DNA of 64,000 nucleotides from an uncultured virus (IMG/VR IMGVR_UViG_3300023176_002901) (IMGVR_UViG_3300023176_002901); one strand, 5' to 3'. Numbered from the stretch's first letter, positions 42,801-53,153 are shown. The notes: generated by a model not told the origin, from the letters alone. Numbers and translations: made by a program.

Positions 42801-43132
42801 ATAACGTGGTATGTCAGTGCATCAATAACCTCATTATAGGATACAATCATATCAACGCCATCTACCGGAGAGTGAACAAACCAGTAAATAGTCTCAGTTG
42901 AATCGTTTTGAATAGCGCCAATACACACAGCGCTGCTGCTTAGTGCCGAGCCGTTATACTCGAGGGTAGTTAGTTGGGTGTTACCCCTTACGTTTTTTAC
43001 AGAACCAACATTGGTGCCCTCAACAGAAGATACCTCCACGTTGAGTGCATCAACGTACTCTCCGTTGGGTATGAGCCTCTCATCAAGGCTCTTGTTCATG
43101 CGACCCTTTATAAAGTTGTTCTGTACGTTCAT
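39839..43132 (-). CDS. Tail nozzle / stabilisation protein (tail tubular B-like)
   Basis: F..GRMNK.LDERL.PNGEY.DALN N-terminus, beta-propeller-like composition, YGIS.NPESFA. Confidence 0.75.
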   Translation of the reverse strand: MNVQNNFIKGRMNKSLDERLIPNGEYVDALNVEVSSVEGTNVGSVKNVRGNTQLTTLEYNGSALSSSAVCIGAIQNDSTETIYWFVHSPVDGVDMIVSYNEVIDALTYHVISTSVLNFNPQYLITGVNIVDDLLLWTDNYNQPRKINVNRHYPFPVAGVDQISEADIALITAPPSASPVVTTLTAGGFENFIDTRFVCFAYRYKYKDGEYSALSQFSNAAFVPGVFELDDDTVTNTGMSSLFNAAEITINTGSDLVVGIDVCFKLNDSNIVNVIEKFDKDEQGWADNASVSVKFSANKIYTTLPESELLRVYDNVPRLAKAQTIMGNRVTFGNYVDGYDIVDSDNQPITIDYTVEPISESILADGLTDSTNNGGAYYIAPPVPVPDSIIEVDFSNVSIEEGDVFYMDINFDLGATTAVGTSVTLNPMTPFSIRFVITADANYATAYDFWNSTHFQDTIGTAVNIQPVDTICTGLTWTDIFECAVPNPVDTATPPGGPWVKEEYGTTAASTPIITASVAASDVISFQFPVTKFVRANDTAPYTRYIAQYFSATSVSSVFYKKDQANSLHSNTGYDIGIIYMDEFGRNSTSVICETNSTFFGPNTSSSKNFIRTRINHLPPKWATTYKYTIKPSKGNYNIVYSREFYNTVAMGNEYWFLLEGQNQLLPKPGDSLTVKTDTNGPVSSLVTVDVLDVQYQPDGFISGAPDGLYMKINAGKFSLGGSVNTFIAFETEAEAVNDELYYESSQSFQIVGGYHRGNVLNQGPSQPAISNLDFFNCYTFGNGVEGYRYSDGITSSAVVIGNRFSAVAEEDYIEAHRFASVIYSGIYNADTNVNKLNEFNTALVNYKDLERSFASIQKLHGRQTDILVLQEDKISYVLAGKNLLSDAAAGGAITSVPEVLGTQIARLEEYGISQNPESFASFGKDKFFTDVTRGAVLKLSGSSYNNETLEVVSEYGMGSWFRDEFNNSPRSQKLGGYDPYLDEYVLSIKADDAVEWTPTVVPCGTLINTNIGADEVTEFTLALGDATGSFNLVWTIGPIAGTIEFQVIYNGTTTSSGAVTTSGSMAVSKSTAFPENATVRIISVGAGAQYQLEITCL

Positions 43133-43133
43133 G

Positions 43134-44057
43134 TTACTTTATCCACTTATCTTGACCACGCAAATTCATAAGCAATCTTCCGGGGTGGATGTTGCTAATT
43201 CTAATCTTGGCATTGCGCAACAACGCCGTCTTTTCCTTGCGAGCTCTATTGACAATGTATTCTTGCACTCCAAGCTTGGAGGACAGGATGGCATATCTAA
43301 TGTATGCGTAGATGTAATCTTCGAATAGCTTGTTGACCGTAATCAAAGAGGCGTCACCGCCCTCCATGCCATCAGAAACATACTCAAGGATACAAACCTT
43401 GTTGTCCATTCCTGAGCTGAAGTTTATAACGCCAGCCTTCTTGTCTATTCTAAATGTGGGATTAGCGTTTGCCGTCTCCGTGTTAAGACCATACCACCCT
43501 CCAATGCCGTATTCAAAATACCAAGAGCCATTATAGAACCAACCTTCCTGCCCATCAAAAGGACTTCCCTCATTGAGGTATATGCTCTTCTGCTGTCCCG
43601 TAATTCTATCGTAGTCGATGTTTGAAAAAGTGGGCTCAATAATGTTGCCGCTTTGGTCAAACAATATCTTGCCGCTTCCGTCCTGAAGGTATGCCTTTGC
43701 GCTATTGAGCTGGATATTTTCTGTTAGCGGGAATATGACGCCATCTTTGTACATAGAGATGCGCACCCAGTTTACGTAATCGGAAGGCAGAACAAACCTA
43801 AGTTGACTATCTACGCTCAGTTCAAGAACCTTAATTTCTTTAAATGCGTCATAGTTGAGTTCCTGAATGCCGCGCTTGGCGTGAAACAAAACCTGATATC
43901 TATTTGTATTATTCACGAGCTCGTGATTACCCGCATAGATAAGCATGAAGTTGTTTACAATATCCTCAAGGCTAACATACTGATAGGTGCCCCAGTTGGC
44001 ATCATCAGGAGAAGAGCCACTGTTCGCATAATATTGATACTCGGTTAGGTATGCCAT
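43134..44057 (-). CDS. Head-tail adaptor / tail ring protein
   Basis: LPSDYVNWVRI motif and position. Confidence 0.6.
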   Translation of the reverse strand: MAYLTEYQYYANSGSSPDDANWGTYQYVSLEDIVNNFMLIYAGNHELVNNTNRYQVLFHAKRGIQELNYDAFKEIKVLELSVDSQLRFVLPSDYVNWVRISMYKDGVIFPLTENIQLNSAKAYLQDGSGKILFDQSGNIIEPTFSNIDYDRITGQQKSIYLNEGSPFDGQEGWFYNGSWYFEYGIGGWYGLNTETANANPTFRIDKKAGVINFSSGMDNKVCILEYVSDGMEGGDASLITVNKLFEDYIYAYIRYAILSSKLGVQEYIVNRARKEKTALLRNAKIRISNIHPGRLLMNLRGQDKWIK

Positions 44058-44060
44058 GGT

Positions 44061-44762
44061 TTATTGTTCGCTAGCGTTTTCTTTTTGTTCCTCTGCGTTT
44101 CCAAATGTATAGATATCGCCCTCTCTTACTGAGATGCCAGCGTATTGCAAAATCAAATTGACCAACTCAGGTTCATCCGTGGCTGGCAACTCAAAGTCTT
44201 GATAATCAAGGGCTGACTGGTTGAATACAGGCTCGCCATTTACGAGTGTGAAATAAGTCCACTTGGGGTCCTGAGGATATCTTATGTAAAACGCAGTGAT
44301 GTCCGTTGCTCCATTGATTGTAGATGGCTGAATTTCAATATTGTTGCCACGCTGCACATACAATGGGAATGTTTGCGTAGGCGCCATAAGCGTAGAGGAC
44401 ATATATCGCAACTTGCTCTCAGCGATAGGCTCAACAATCTTTGTTGTTGGATTGTATTGTACTACATCTAAAAGGTAATAATCAGCTGGAAGCGCGTAAG
44501 AGTTTCCAGATACCTGAGTAAGTTGGGCTGATTCAGAAAAGGTAGATATGACCTCCTCATACTGTTTGGTTATATCGGCCAATCCAGTACCAGACATACG
44601 GGCGTTCTCCTTGTTAATCTGATTGTTATACTTTTGAAAGTACTGCTCAAAAATATCTAACTGAGCCTGCTTTGCAAACTGGTTAAAATCAGCCGGAGAG
44701 ATGTATCCGTAGTTATTTTTATTTATTACCGACAGCACGGTATTGCGCACTGAATCTATCAT
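44061..44762 (-). CDS. Head-tail adaptor (tail tubular A-like)
   Basis: LPADYY, YIRYP..P and DFELP motifs; TATCTTTG box at 44778-44785. Confidence 0.65.
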   Translation of the reverse strand: MIDSVRNTVLSVINKNNYGYISPADFNQFAKQAQLDIFEQYFQKYNNQINKENARMSGTGLADITKQYEEVISTFSESAQLTQVSGNSYALPADYYLLDVVQYNPTTKIVEPIAESKLRYMSSTLMAPTQTFPLYVQRGNNIEIQPSTINGATDITAFYIRYPQDPKWTYFTLVNGEPVFNQSALDYQDFELPATDEPELVNLILQYAGISVREGDIYTFGNAEEQKENASEQ

Positions 44763-44788
44763 ATGCCAACTTTTTCACAAAGATAGAT

Positions 44789-44818
44789 AAAAAAAAGGGG
44801 CCGCTATTCGCAGCCCCT
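44789..44818 (-). terminator. Intrinsic terminator
   Basis: GC hairpin followed by T8 on the - strand. Confidence 0.7.
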
Positions 44819-44843
44819 CTCCAACACTAAAACACAAAACAAC

Positions 44844-45587
44844 TTACTCTAGGTTTCTATCCAATAGCTTGATAGTCTCAATACCCTCGTCACTTTGTAA
44901 ATATGAAGATACAATAAACTGGGGGGACTCTCCGTGTGGAATGGTCAACATTTTAGATTTGTTGCCGGGTAAATTAAAGTAAACGTCTCTGTTGTTATTA
45001 CGGAGTCGCAACAATCCAGAATCGAAATACTTAATAACCTTGCCCTGAAGGGACAGCAATGGGTCATTTAAGACATCCAAAAAGTCCATTGGTCTGGTCT
45101 TGGCATACACAAGGACATCGCGCTTAAGTTCTGCGGTCGTCATCTTATCAACGCTAGAGCCAATCAACACTCTAGCAACAAGCTCGAGCATTTCAATATC
45201 CATAGACTTAGCCTGAATCAAGGCCTCAACCTCCATGTCAAGTCTTTCCATTTCTTGTATCGCATCCTTTTCATTGTCTAGCTCAACGTAAATAGAGCCG
45301 TTGCTAGGATGCAATTCTAAGAAATGCTGCAAGACCGGGTTGGTTTTGGGGACGTGAAGAAAGCCATTCTCAAAGATAATGGGTTCCAATACCGCATTGC
45401 CATCCTGCTCATCCTCAAACGGAGAGCGTTGGTTGCTGGCATACCGAAGTGGTCGGTTGCTTTGTCCATCAAAATAAAGGAGTGGTTTTCTTCTCGTATT
45501 ACGAGATGCCAACATCAAGGTTAGCGGTGCGTTCTTACGCTTGAGAACATACGACTTGTCTTTAGTCGCTACATATTCTTTTGACAT
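44844..45587 (-). CDS. Hypothetical protein downstream of the capsid gene
   Basis: 247-aa ORF. Confidence 0.75.
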   Translation of the reverse strand: MSKEYVATKDKSYVLKRKNAPLTLMLASRNTRRKPLLYFDGQSNRPLRYASNQRSPFEDEQDGNAVLEPIIFENGFLHVPKTNPVLQHFLELHPSNGSIYVELDNEKDAIQEMERLDMEVEALIQAKSMDIEMLELVARVLIGSSVDKMTTAELKRDVLVYAKTRPMDFLDVLNDPLLSLQGKVIKYFDSGLLRLRNNNRDVYFNLPGNKSKMLTIPHGESPQFIVSSYLQSDEGIETIKLLDRNLE

Positions 45588-45606
45588 TTGATATGATTTA
45601 AGTTTT

Positions 45607-45638
45607 AAAAAAAAAGGGGGAGGGAAGAACCCTCCCCC
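45607..45638 (-). terminator. Intrinsic terminator after the capsid gene
   Basis: GGGGGAGGG/CCCTCCCCC 9-bp stem followed by T9 on the - strand. Confidence 0.8.
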
Positions 45639-45657
45639 ATTGGAATCCGATTAAGGA

Positions 45658-47070
45658 TTAGTCTTCGAACAATACGAAGTTGTTAGCACCCAAGGTACAA
45701 ACAGCACGCTCAGACAAGAAGTGAACCTCCATGGCATCCAAGCTAGAGGTAGCAGCACCACCAGCAGAGCCAGTCATCCAAGTCTTGTAGCGACGGTCTT
45801 CCGTTTCAGAAGCACGATAGCGAACGTGCAAGAAAGGACGCTTAGCGTTCTTGCCAAGGATTTGGTCGTAAACGGTCGTAGAACCAGCAGGAACCAACAA
45901 GCCGTTAATCTTACCACCATACAATCCACCGCGCATCGTGGGGTCGTTCAAGTATTTCCAGTCGGTCTTGTAGAAGTCATAACCGCGACGGAAGCCTTTG
46001 AAGCCGAGGTTCAAAGCCATAGTCTCGTCGTTGTCAAACAAACCGTAAGAAGTACCGCCCGTACCGTAGCTGTTTTGAGCAGCCAACATATCGTCAACGT
46101 CAAAGCCAAACTGACGGTTCAAGAAGATTACGTTCTCCTCGATAGCGCCTTGCTTGTCCAAACGCTCGATGATGGTATCAAACTCAGCAAGAGTGGAGGG
46201 GTTACCACCTGACCATACGTTACCACGCTGGCCTACAACATAGAAGATACCTTCAGAGCCCTTGTTACCAACGTCGCCGGTAGCAGCAATAGCACCTGAA
46301 CCAGTCTCAGCAGGAACTGCTTCAACCATAGCGGTCTCCAAGTAGTCTTCAAAGCGCAAGCGAGTCTCGTGCTCAGACTTCAAATACCACAAGTAACCAG
46401 CAGCGCCGTTCTCCGTGGTAACCTCAACCCACCCGATTTGAGCCATGTCAGAACCAGATACAGCGTACTTGTCCTTGATGATGATGGGGCTGTTCTCGAA
46501 GATTTCGTCGTCAGCCTCGAGGCTTCCGCTCATGCCTTCGGTGCCCTTCTTGAACTCAGAACCGTAAACAAACAAAGAACAAGCCGTAGCAGCAGCAAAA
46601 GTCTGACCGCCTGCCTCGTAGTATGCAACGTCAATAGTTCCAGCGCCAGTGTCTACAGCAGTAACAATAGCCTTGTTGGAGTTGTTGGCCGTAGCGTTCT
46701 GAGAAACCATGATGGTTTGTCCAACGCGAATCGCAATGCTACCGGAGCCGGGAACAAGCGTGTCGTTGATGGTCAACGTAGCCGTGTCAGCCGCAGCAGA
46801 TGCAGCAGAAGTTACGTTGGTGTACTTGGTGTGCAAACGACCCTGCTCTGCCCATTTGATAAGGTCAGAGTTAGAGGGCATTTCTGCACCTACCATGCGC
46901 AAGAAAGATGCTATAGTACGGTTACCATAGCGCTCGAACTCCTTCTCGTAGGTATCGGGAAGATACTGGTTCAAGAAGTCGAAGTTCGTGATGTAGTTGG
47001 TGCTAAGAAGCACCTGCTCAGCACTGGGCTGTAAAGCGTAGCCGGGTACTGATTGTAATGAACCTGCCAT
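45658..47070 (-). CDS. Major capsid protein
   Basis: 470 aa after portal and scaffold, biased codon use, strong terminator behind it. Confidence 0.8.
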   Translation of the reverse strand: MAGSLQSVPGYALQPSAEQVLLSTNYITNFDFLNQYLPDTYEKEFERYGNRTIASFLRMVGAEMPSNSDLIKWAEQGRLHTKYTNVTSAASAAADTATLTINDTLVPGSGSIAIRVGQTIMVSQNATANNSNKAIVTAVDTGAGTIDVAYYEAGGQTFAAATACSLFVYGSEFKKGTEGMSGSLEADDEIFENSPIIIKDKYAVSGSDMAQIGWVEVTTENGAAGYLWYLKSEHETRLRFEDYLETAMVEAVPAETGSGAIAATGDVGNKGSEGIFYVVGQRGNVWSGGNPSTLAEFDTIIERLDKQGAIEENVIFLNRQFGFDVDDMLAAQNSYGTGGTSYGLFDNDETMALNLGFKGFRRGYDFYKTDWKYLNDPTMRGGLYGGKINGLLVPAGSTTVYDQILGKNAKRPFLHVRYRASETEDRRYKTWMTGSAGGAATSSLDAMEVHFLSERAVCTLGANNFVLFED

Positions 47071-47090
47071 TTTTTGTCAGATTTAAAGGG

Positions 47091-48167
47091 TTATTTTTTT
47101 CTTATTTTAAGACCTCTTCCAGAATCTGGAGAGAGGGATGCAACCTTGAATCCGCCTTTGCTAACGGTTTGTGGAGATTGTCTAACGTCCATATTAATGT
47201 TCTTAGACTTTCTAGACAAATCGTCAACAGCGTCAGACATGCCCTGTTCGTAGAAGAACTTGGCAAATCTTTCTGGATTCATGGCTACGGCCAAAGCCTT
47301 GTGGTATGCGCCGGCGTTTTCAATTAGACCATCTTCATTAGTAAACTTCTTAAAGAAATTCATAATATCAGATTGCGCCTTCTTTAGTTCCGCAGCTTCA
47401 GCTGGAGAAAAGTTGAACGTCTTATCGTTGACATTAAATTCAAAACCTTTGAACCCGTCACCGAAGACCTCATCTGTCTTTCGCTGAAACCATTCGTATC
47501 GTTTCTGATTCTCCTCCTCGACACCCTTGGCATTTGACATATATTCTCTATAAGCTTCGAGCTCTTCTTGGCTGACTCCAGAAGTGGCATCCGTACTTGA
47601 CTCAAGTGGCGCTTTATACTTCTCTCGTTGTTCCTTAAAGTGCTGCTTAGCTTTTGCGAGCTCTTTTTTCTTGGCTAATTTTTTACGCTTAACATCAGCC
47701 TCATCGTCCAAGTCCTCATCGTAATGAAACTTTTCGTTTAGCATGAACTCAATATCTTCCGAGTCTAAGTCGGATTCAATTGCGGCGTAATAGTTAGCCA
47801 ATAATTCGTCTGGGTCTTTGTCATCTATGTTCTCGTTTAGTCTAACGAAATCATTGATACCTCGACCCGTTTCCTTTTTGTACTTAAGATAGGCTGCGAC
47901 ATCCTCGGGAAGTTCTGAAGATTCTTGTCTGACTTCAATTAAATCGTCTAGCGATTTAATCTCTCTGCCGTATCTGTTTCCAATAAATGAAAGAACGTCT
48001 TCCTCTTTTAATTCTTGCGTTGACTCTGTCGTTGTCTCTTGTGGTTCAACAACTTCGTCTTGTTGTGATTGATTCAGCTCAGCTTCATGCTTATCCAAAA
48101 GTTCTTGCTCGACCTCTTGGACAGACTTGGCTTCAATAGAACCAACCTCTTTTACCTTAAATTCCAT
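47091..48167 (-). CDS. Scaffolding protein (putative)
   Basis: Acidic coiled coil with a basic C-terminus between portal and capsid; TAATTTTG box at 48184-48191. Confidence 0.65.
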   Translation of the reverse strand: MEFKVKEVGSIEAKSVQEVEQELLDKHEAELNQSQQDEVVEPQETTTESTQELKEEDVLSFIGNRYGREIKSLDDLIEVRQESSELPEDVAAYLKYKKETGRGINDFVRLNENIDDKDPDELLANYYAAIESDLDSEDIEFMLNEKFHYDEDLDDEADVKRKKLAKKKELAKAKQHFKEQREKYKAPLESSTDATSGVSQEELEAYREYMSNAKGVEEENQKRYEWFQRKTDEVFGDGFKGFEFNVNDKTFNFSPAEAAELKKAQSDIMNFFKKFTNEDGLIENAGAYHKALAVAMNPERFAKFFYEQGMSDAVDDLSRKSKNINMDVRQSPQTVSKGGFKVASLSPDSGRGLKIRKK

Positions 48168-48209
48168 AGATTTGATTTTGATACAAAATTATAACAAAAA
48201 AATGAACCC

Positions 48210-50645
48210 TTATCTGGGCTCAAATTCTGCAAAGTCAAAGCCATCCAACGAGTCTTCGTTTGATTCAAAGTTGATGGAGGGCAATGTTTTTTGGCGCTGC
48301 TCTATGAGCTTAGACTGCTGAGTATTTTGTCGGTCAATTCTCTTGGCCTTCTCGTCCTCTTTCATCTTGTCTCTCTCCGTCAAGGCCCCAACCTCTACGC
48401 CCTTAATGCGCATCTGGTATGAGAACTCTTCGGCCATCAAAGACTTCTTCAGTTCTGCCTCATTGCGCATCTTTTCAATTTCGAATGCAATCTCGGCCTG
48501 CTTAACCTGCATCTTAGATTGAGACTCGAGTTGTATTTTTTGAGCAGCAATCTCAGCAGCCATCTGTTGTGACTGCATATTTATCTGAGCCTGAGCTTGT
48601 TGCTTCTGCATCTCTGCCATTTGCATTTGCTCAAAGTTCTTAGCCCTCTTAACCTTTAGAAGCTGGTTTGCAAGCTTCAAGTTTTTAACCTCGCGAATAT
48701 CAATGGCATCCTCAAGACTAATATCTCCCTTCGACAATGCCATCTGGATATTTGCTTCAAGCTGCGCCTTCTGCTCTTCGTCTGGAGAAACCTCAATAAA
48801 GATTCCGAAGTCGTAAATGTAGAGGTCTTTAATCTGGTCAAGTATTCTAACGTTGTACTTGCCAATCTGCATCGTGAACTCTTCCTTAAAGTCTGAGTAC
48901 TGCAAGATGTCCGCAACACGACAAGACAAAGCCTCGGCGAGCGAGCGAGTCATAAATAGGCTCCCCTCCAAAATGTGTCGGGTCGCCGTATTTGAGTTAA
49001 GAGCAGCAAGCTTCTGCACGCCAACGAGAGCGTTGGGGTCTGGTGTAGAACCATCCCTCGCTTCATTAAGGCCAGTCACCGCACGAATCATATCCATGTA
49101 GTGGTTGTAATTCCCAATGAGAGCCGCCATCTTGGATTGCCCAGAGCTGGCTGTCAACTGCTGAATCGGTACGCGAGCATTATTAAACTCACCATCCTGA
49201 GTATAGGAACGACCAACCACGCTACCGGTTTGGAAATATAGGCGTAGTGCGTCCTCTGGGTTGTATGCTGCCCCCGTTCCGAGGTCAACCTCATTCAGGC
49301 CATCTGCATCAATGAAGACGCCATCAGGGACAACCTTCGATATTACTTGCTGTAGCTTGAGGTGTGTGAGCTGAATCAAGTCAGCGAATGGAATCATTCT
49401 TCTAACCAAAGACTCGATGTTACCCTTGTACATTCTGGGAGCAACAGCAATATAATTTGGAAGGGCATTCTGCGTAGCTGACTTTGGACGAACCATGTTC
49501 TCCATCATCTGCCACTTGAGCATGATGTTTGTTCCCATCACCATGACGCCCTCATACCATACATCGATGGTTTTTTCCACCTTTTCGAACTTTCCGTCCT
49601 GCATCATTTCTACAGGTGGGTTAAAGGTGTCATCCTTCTCAATGACTCTAGAGCCGCCGGTTTCGTTTATCTTTTTCTTGTAGACAAACTTCTTAGTTGT
49701 CTTGTAATTGAAATACAACAACGTTGCCGTGTCCTTGTAGAAGATGTCGTTCTCATAGAACTGTGCAACATTATAATAATCATACCAGCTTTGGCTATAC
49801 TGAGAAATTTCTTCAAGGTCCTTGTTTGTGAGCGATGGGTCAATCTTAATTAATTCCGTAATTGGAAGTGTTTTAATCTCTCCCCAGTAGAAGCAATCTC
49901 TAAAGTATGGGTCCTCTGTATAACTATAAACCACATTAGCTGGGTCTACATAGCTAACTCTAACGCCATCCCCCGCAAGGAACTCGTGCTTGATTGTTCC
50001 AACGCCAATGGTTGCAATGTCATAGTCCACCCGTCTGCGTGTGTCATCGTAATGATTTTCCGCAAGCAATGTGTTGATGGCTTCCTCTTCAGCTATCTCA
50101 ATGGATGGCTTATACTTTAACTGCATGTGCAGCTTAAGCTCGTCCTCATCTCTGGGGAGTTCCATTGGGTTAACATTAAATGGATTGATGCCAAACGCTT
50201 CAGACATTTTTGTCAAAGCATCTTTCGCAACCATATCGCCTTCTACGACATCTTGATATTGGTTTCTCTTCTCTGCCGATACCGCATCCTGAGCGTATGC
50301 TTTTACCGTGAATAGTCTGTCAGACATACCGTTTACAACGATGTCTACAAACTTTGGAAGGATTGGAACTGGCGTCCAGTCTAGGTTCAAATAACTAAGG
50401 TCACCGTCAATAGCCAGCTCATTTTTGTATTTAGCAACCGACTGCTCTCCCCTAGCATATAGTCTCAAGCGATTGAAGTCTCTCCACTGGTTGTAGTACC
50501 TACAGCCGTTTCCATCTTTACGGAACCATTCGTATTGAATGGCTTGGCCTATCTGTAGGCCGAACTCATCCGTGGCTTTCTCTGAATCAGAAACAAATTG
50601 ACTTGGAAACCCAGTGGCTGATATATTTACTTTAACTTCTTTCAT
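48210..50645 (-). CDS. Portal protein
   Basis: 811 aa after terminase, long Gln/Met coiled-coil C-terminus; TAACTTTG box at 50689-50696. Confidence 0.8.
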   Translation of the reverse strand: MKEVKVNISATGFPSQFVSDSEKATDEFGLQIGQAIQYEWFRKDGNGCRYYNQWRDFNRLRLYARGEQSVAKYKNELAIDGDLSYLNLDWTPVPILPKFVDIVVNGMSDRLFTVKAYAQDAVSAEKRNQYQDVVEGDMVAKDALTKMSEAFGINPFNVNPMELPRDEDELKLHMQLKYKPSIEIAEEEAINTLLAENHYDDTRRRVDYDIATIGVGTIKHEFLAGDGVRVSYVDPANVVYSYTEDPYFRDCFYWGEIKTLPITELIKIDPSLTNKDLEEISQYSQSWYDYYNVAQFYENDIFYKDTATLLYFNYKTTKKFVYKKKINETGGSRVIEKDDTFNPPVEMMQDGKFEKVEKTIDVWYEGVMVMGTNIMLKWQMMENMVRPKSATQNALPNYIAVAPRMYKGNIESLVRRMIPFADLIQLTHLKLQQVISKVVPDGVFIDADGLNEVDLGTGAAYNPEDALRLYFQTGSVVGRSYTQDGEFNNARVPIQQLTASSGQSKMAALIGNYNHYMDMIRAVTGLNEARDGSTPDPNALVGVQKLAALNSNTATRHILEGSLFMTRSLAEALSCRVADILQYSDFKEEFTMQIGKYNVRILDQIKDLYIYDFGIFIEVSPDEEQKAQLEANIQMALSKGDISLEDAIDIREVKNLKLANQLLKVKRAKNFEQMQMAEMQKQQAQAQINMQSQQMAAEIAAQKIQLESQSKMQVKQAEIAFEIEKMRNEAELKKSLMAEEFSYQMRIKGVEVGALTERDKMKEDEKAKRIDRQNTQQSKLIEQRQKTLPSINFESNEDSLDGFDFAEFEPR

Positions 50646-52924
50646 CTGTTGACAAGTTCACTTTGGAAGCCCTTGTTATTATATCTAGCAAAGTTAATGC
50701 TTATTTTAGTTTCCTTTTTCTCAGGCTGATATAGATGCTTTTGGTTTGCCATAATTGCCAATCCAGAACTAATCGTAGCGTCAAACTTTGTTCTATTGTT
50801 TATATCGAAGCGAGCCCAGTCCTCCAGTGTCCTGTTAAAATACATAGAGCCAACCTCCTCCGAGTCCCTATATGTGCCCTCTAAATCTAAGCCAACATAT
50901 TTTTCTATATAAGACTCTATAGCAGACGCGTGCGCCTGTTTTACCTCTTCGCTTGAGTTGGGTATACCCCCAAGTTCGCGCTCAGATTTTGATAATTTAG
51001 TGAAGTGCTTGTCAGGTCTGTTCATGCTAAAATTTCTATACCCCCTATTCTTAAAGTGATATAAAAGCCTTGGCTTGTTGTTTTCTGCCAACACGGGCAT
51101 ACCATAAAACACACACGCCATAAGAACATCTTCAAAAAATATTTCTGCTGTCTGCGGTCTGGCAACATACTCTAGGAAAAACTCATTAGAGGGGGCGTCG
51201 TCCATGTTGAACTTAGTCATCCCGTGCAGAGCCCCATTAGAACCCCCGCCGCCTACTACTCCAGATATATCATAGGAGTCACAGCCAAACGAACCAATGT
51301 GTTCGTTGCCGGGGAAACGTACTCCATTACGCATCAGTACATTGTTTTGCATTCTGGCTGATGGTATCCAGCTAACTTTAAACCTCCCCCTCGGGTCTGG
51401 AGTCCATATGACCTTCGTGTCCTTTATGCCATCCTTCCAATGAAACGAGCCAACGGTTATAAAGTGCTCTTTGATTGTGGCGTCATTAAAGTCAATCTGC
51501 TGATATATCTTGGTTAGATTGAATATAGACTGCTTACTCTCGTCCCTGAAGGCGTGAGACTCCGTTCTGGGGAACTGACGGTAGAATTCGTTTAGCGCAT
51601 CTGGGTCTGACTTTAGTGAGGCTACCTCATTTTCCCAGTAGTCAATAGCTCCTATTTTTATCATGTCCCCATCTATGCCCACAATGGGGTTATCTGGTGT
51701 CTGTAAAACAGGCATGCCGTGCTTATCTATGTACCCCTCGAAGTTCCACTCCATTGGGATGAATAGAGAATAGAGCCCACTCTTTGTCTGCCCATTCGGG
51801 CTGCGCTTTGTTGTATCCGAATCGTAATACAGTTTCTTAAAGTTATCACCGCCCTTATCCAGTGCGTTAGACGTAGAGCCCATCATGCACTTACCAATAA
51901 CTTTTGAGCCCAACCGCAAACAAGTTTTAGTGACCCGCCAATTGTTAAGGATGTTGTCTGGCTTCATCCACTTACCTGATTCGTCGTGAACAAGGAGCTG
52001 TAGCTTCTCGCCGTCATAACTGTTGTCTGCCGTATTGCGCCAGTCGATAGTAGTATTAAGGCCCTCCACATCATCCACCTCCGTGTTGGACATGTTCTTC
52101 TTGGTAATTTTAGATGCCGGTATTCTGTATGCAAGCTCTGTCTTCGGCTTGTCCATGCCATCCATAATCGGGCGAAAGAAGAACGGAAGGTTGCTGTTGA
52201 TGGGAACAACCTTGTCGGTAAACATCTTTTTGGCGTCGGTACCAGTCTTTGACAGGATGCCAATCCTTGAGTCTTTTGCGACTGTTGCCATGTTCACGCA
52301 CTCCGACGAGCCCATAAATGAAAATCCAGAACGACGAATCTTCAGATAGCACATTCCAAATGCCCTAGGGTCAGCCTTAACAGCTTCCCAGAAAATAAAG
52401 AATATCCTGTTGGCCTCTCGAAAGTCTGGATTACCAACGTCAATCTTTGTCCACTGCAAGTACATATAGTGGGAGCCCGTTATATACGTCGGCTCTCCGT
52501 CATTCATAAACCAGAAACCCTGCTCGCGTCTATCGAACTCTCCCTCAATGTAGTCTACCCATTTAGACTTGAACTCGTTTGACTTTTCGTGCCATTGGAA
52601 TATGGACTTTATCTTGTTGAGTTCTGCTGGGTAATCAAACGCCTCCCAGTATTGCTCATCCGCTTTTTTGTCTCTAGCATAAACCTCCTTAGGTACCGCC
52701 GGAAGGGCGACTGCCAGATTTGATATCAGATATATATCACCAATAGTCCCGTCCTTCGAGATGACCACCATGTCGTTCTTCTCGTCATAACCATACTGCC
52801 AAGAACGCGCCTTATTTTTTTTATTCCTTAAAGCGGTGGGTATATAGTCCGGTAGGATGTAATAGATGCTATTTTGCTCTTCGTTCTGCAAAGCCCTGCT
52901 TACTTTGAGTTGTTTGTTCACCAA
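50642..52924 (-). CDS. terL: Terminase large subunit (start uncertain)
   Basis: KIRRSGFS Walker A-like, LLVHDESGK Walker B, GSTSN, GCDSYD nuclease acid, FDATIS. Confidence 0.88.
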   Translation of the reverse strand: MVNKQLKVSRALQNEEQNSIYYILPDYIPTALRNKKNKARSWQYGYDEKNDMVVISKDGTIGDIYLISNLAVALPAVPKEVYARDKKADEQYWEAFDYPAELNKIKSIFQWHEKSNEFKSKWVDYIEGEFDRREQGFWFMNDGEPTYITGSHYMYLQWTKIDVGNPDFREANRIFFIFWEAVKADPRAFGMCYLKIRRSGFSFMGSSECVNMATVAKDSRIGILSKTGTDAKKMFTDKVVPINSNLPFFFRPIMDGMDKPKTELAYRIPASKITKKNMSNTEVDDVEGLNTTIDWRNTADNSYDGEKLQLLVHDESGKWMKPDNILNNWRVTKTCLRLGSKVIGKCMMGSTSNALDKGGDNFKKLYYDSDTTKRSPNGQTKSGLYSLFIPMEWNFEGYIDKHGMPVLQTPDNPIVGIDGDMIKIGAIDYWENEVASLKSDPDALNEFYRQFPRTESHAFRDESKQSIFNLTKIYQQIDFNDATIKEHFITVGSFHWKDGIKDTKVIWTPDPRGRFKVSWIPSARMQNNVLMRNGVRFPGNEHIGSFGCDSYDISGVVGGGGSNGALHGMTKFNMDDAPSNEFFLEYVARPQTAEIFFEDVLMACVFYGMPVLAENNKPRLLYHFKNRGYRNFSMNRPDKHFTKLSKSERELGGIPNSSEEVKQAHASAIESYIEKYVGLDLEGTYRDSEEVGSMYFNRTLEDWARFDINNRTKFDATISSGLAIMANQKHLYQPEKKETKISINFARYNNKGFQSELVNR

Positions 52925-53153
52925 TAGAATCTCCGCTTAACGCGGCCTTCTCTTGTTCTATTCTTGATAAAATTTCAAACGCATCAAAGATTGCCAGCTT
53001 CTTTGTTGCTGCGGCATTCTTTAGTCGGTCCGCAGCCAGCTCGCTGTCCGGGTCATCGTGAACAATGATTCCCTCCTCAGCAACCTTAATAAGCTCTTCT
53101 ACAGCCCGCTGGCCAGCCCTTATGATTCGCTCTTTAATTTCATTTGAATTCAT
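52869..53153 (-). CDS. Putative terminase small subunit
   Basis: Small helical protein directly upstream of terL. Confidence 0.5.
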   Translation of the reverse strand: MNSNEIKERIIRAGQRAVEELIKVAEEGIIVHDDPDSELAADRLKNAAATKKLAIFDAFEILSRIEQEKAALSGDSIGEQTTQSKQGFAERRAK

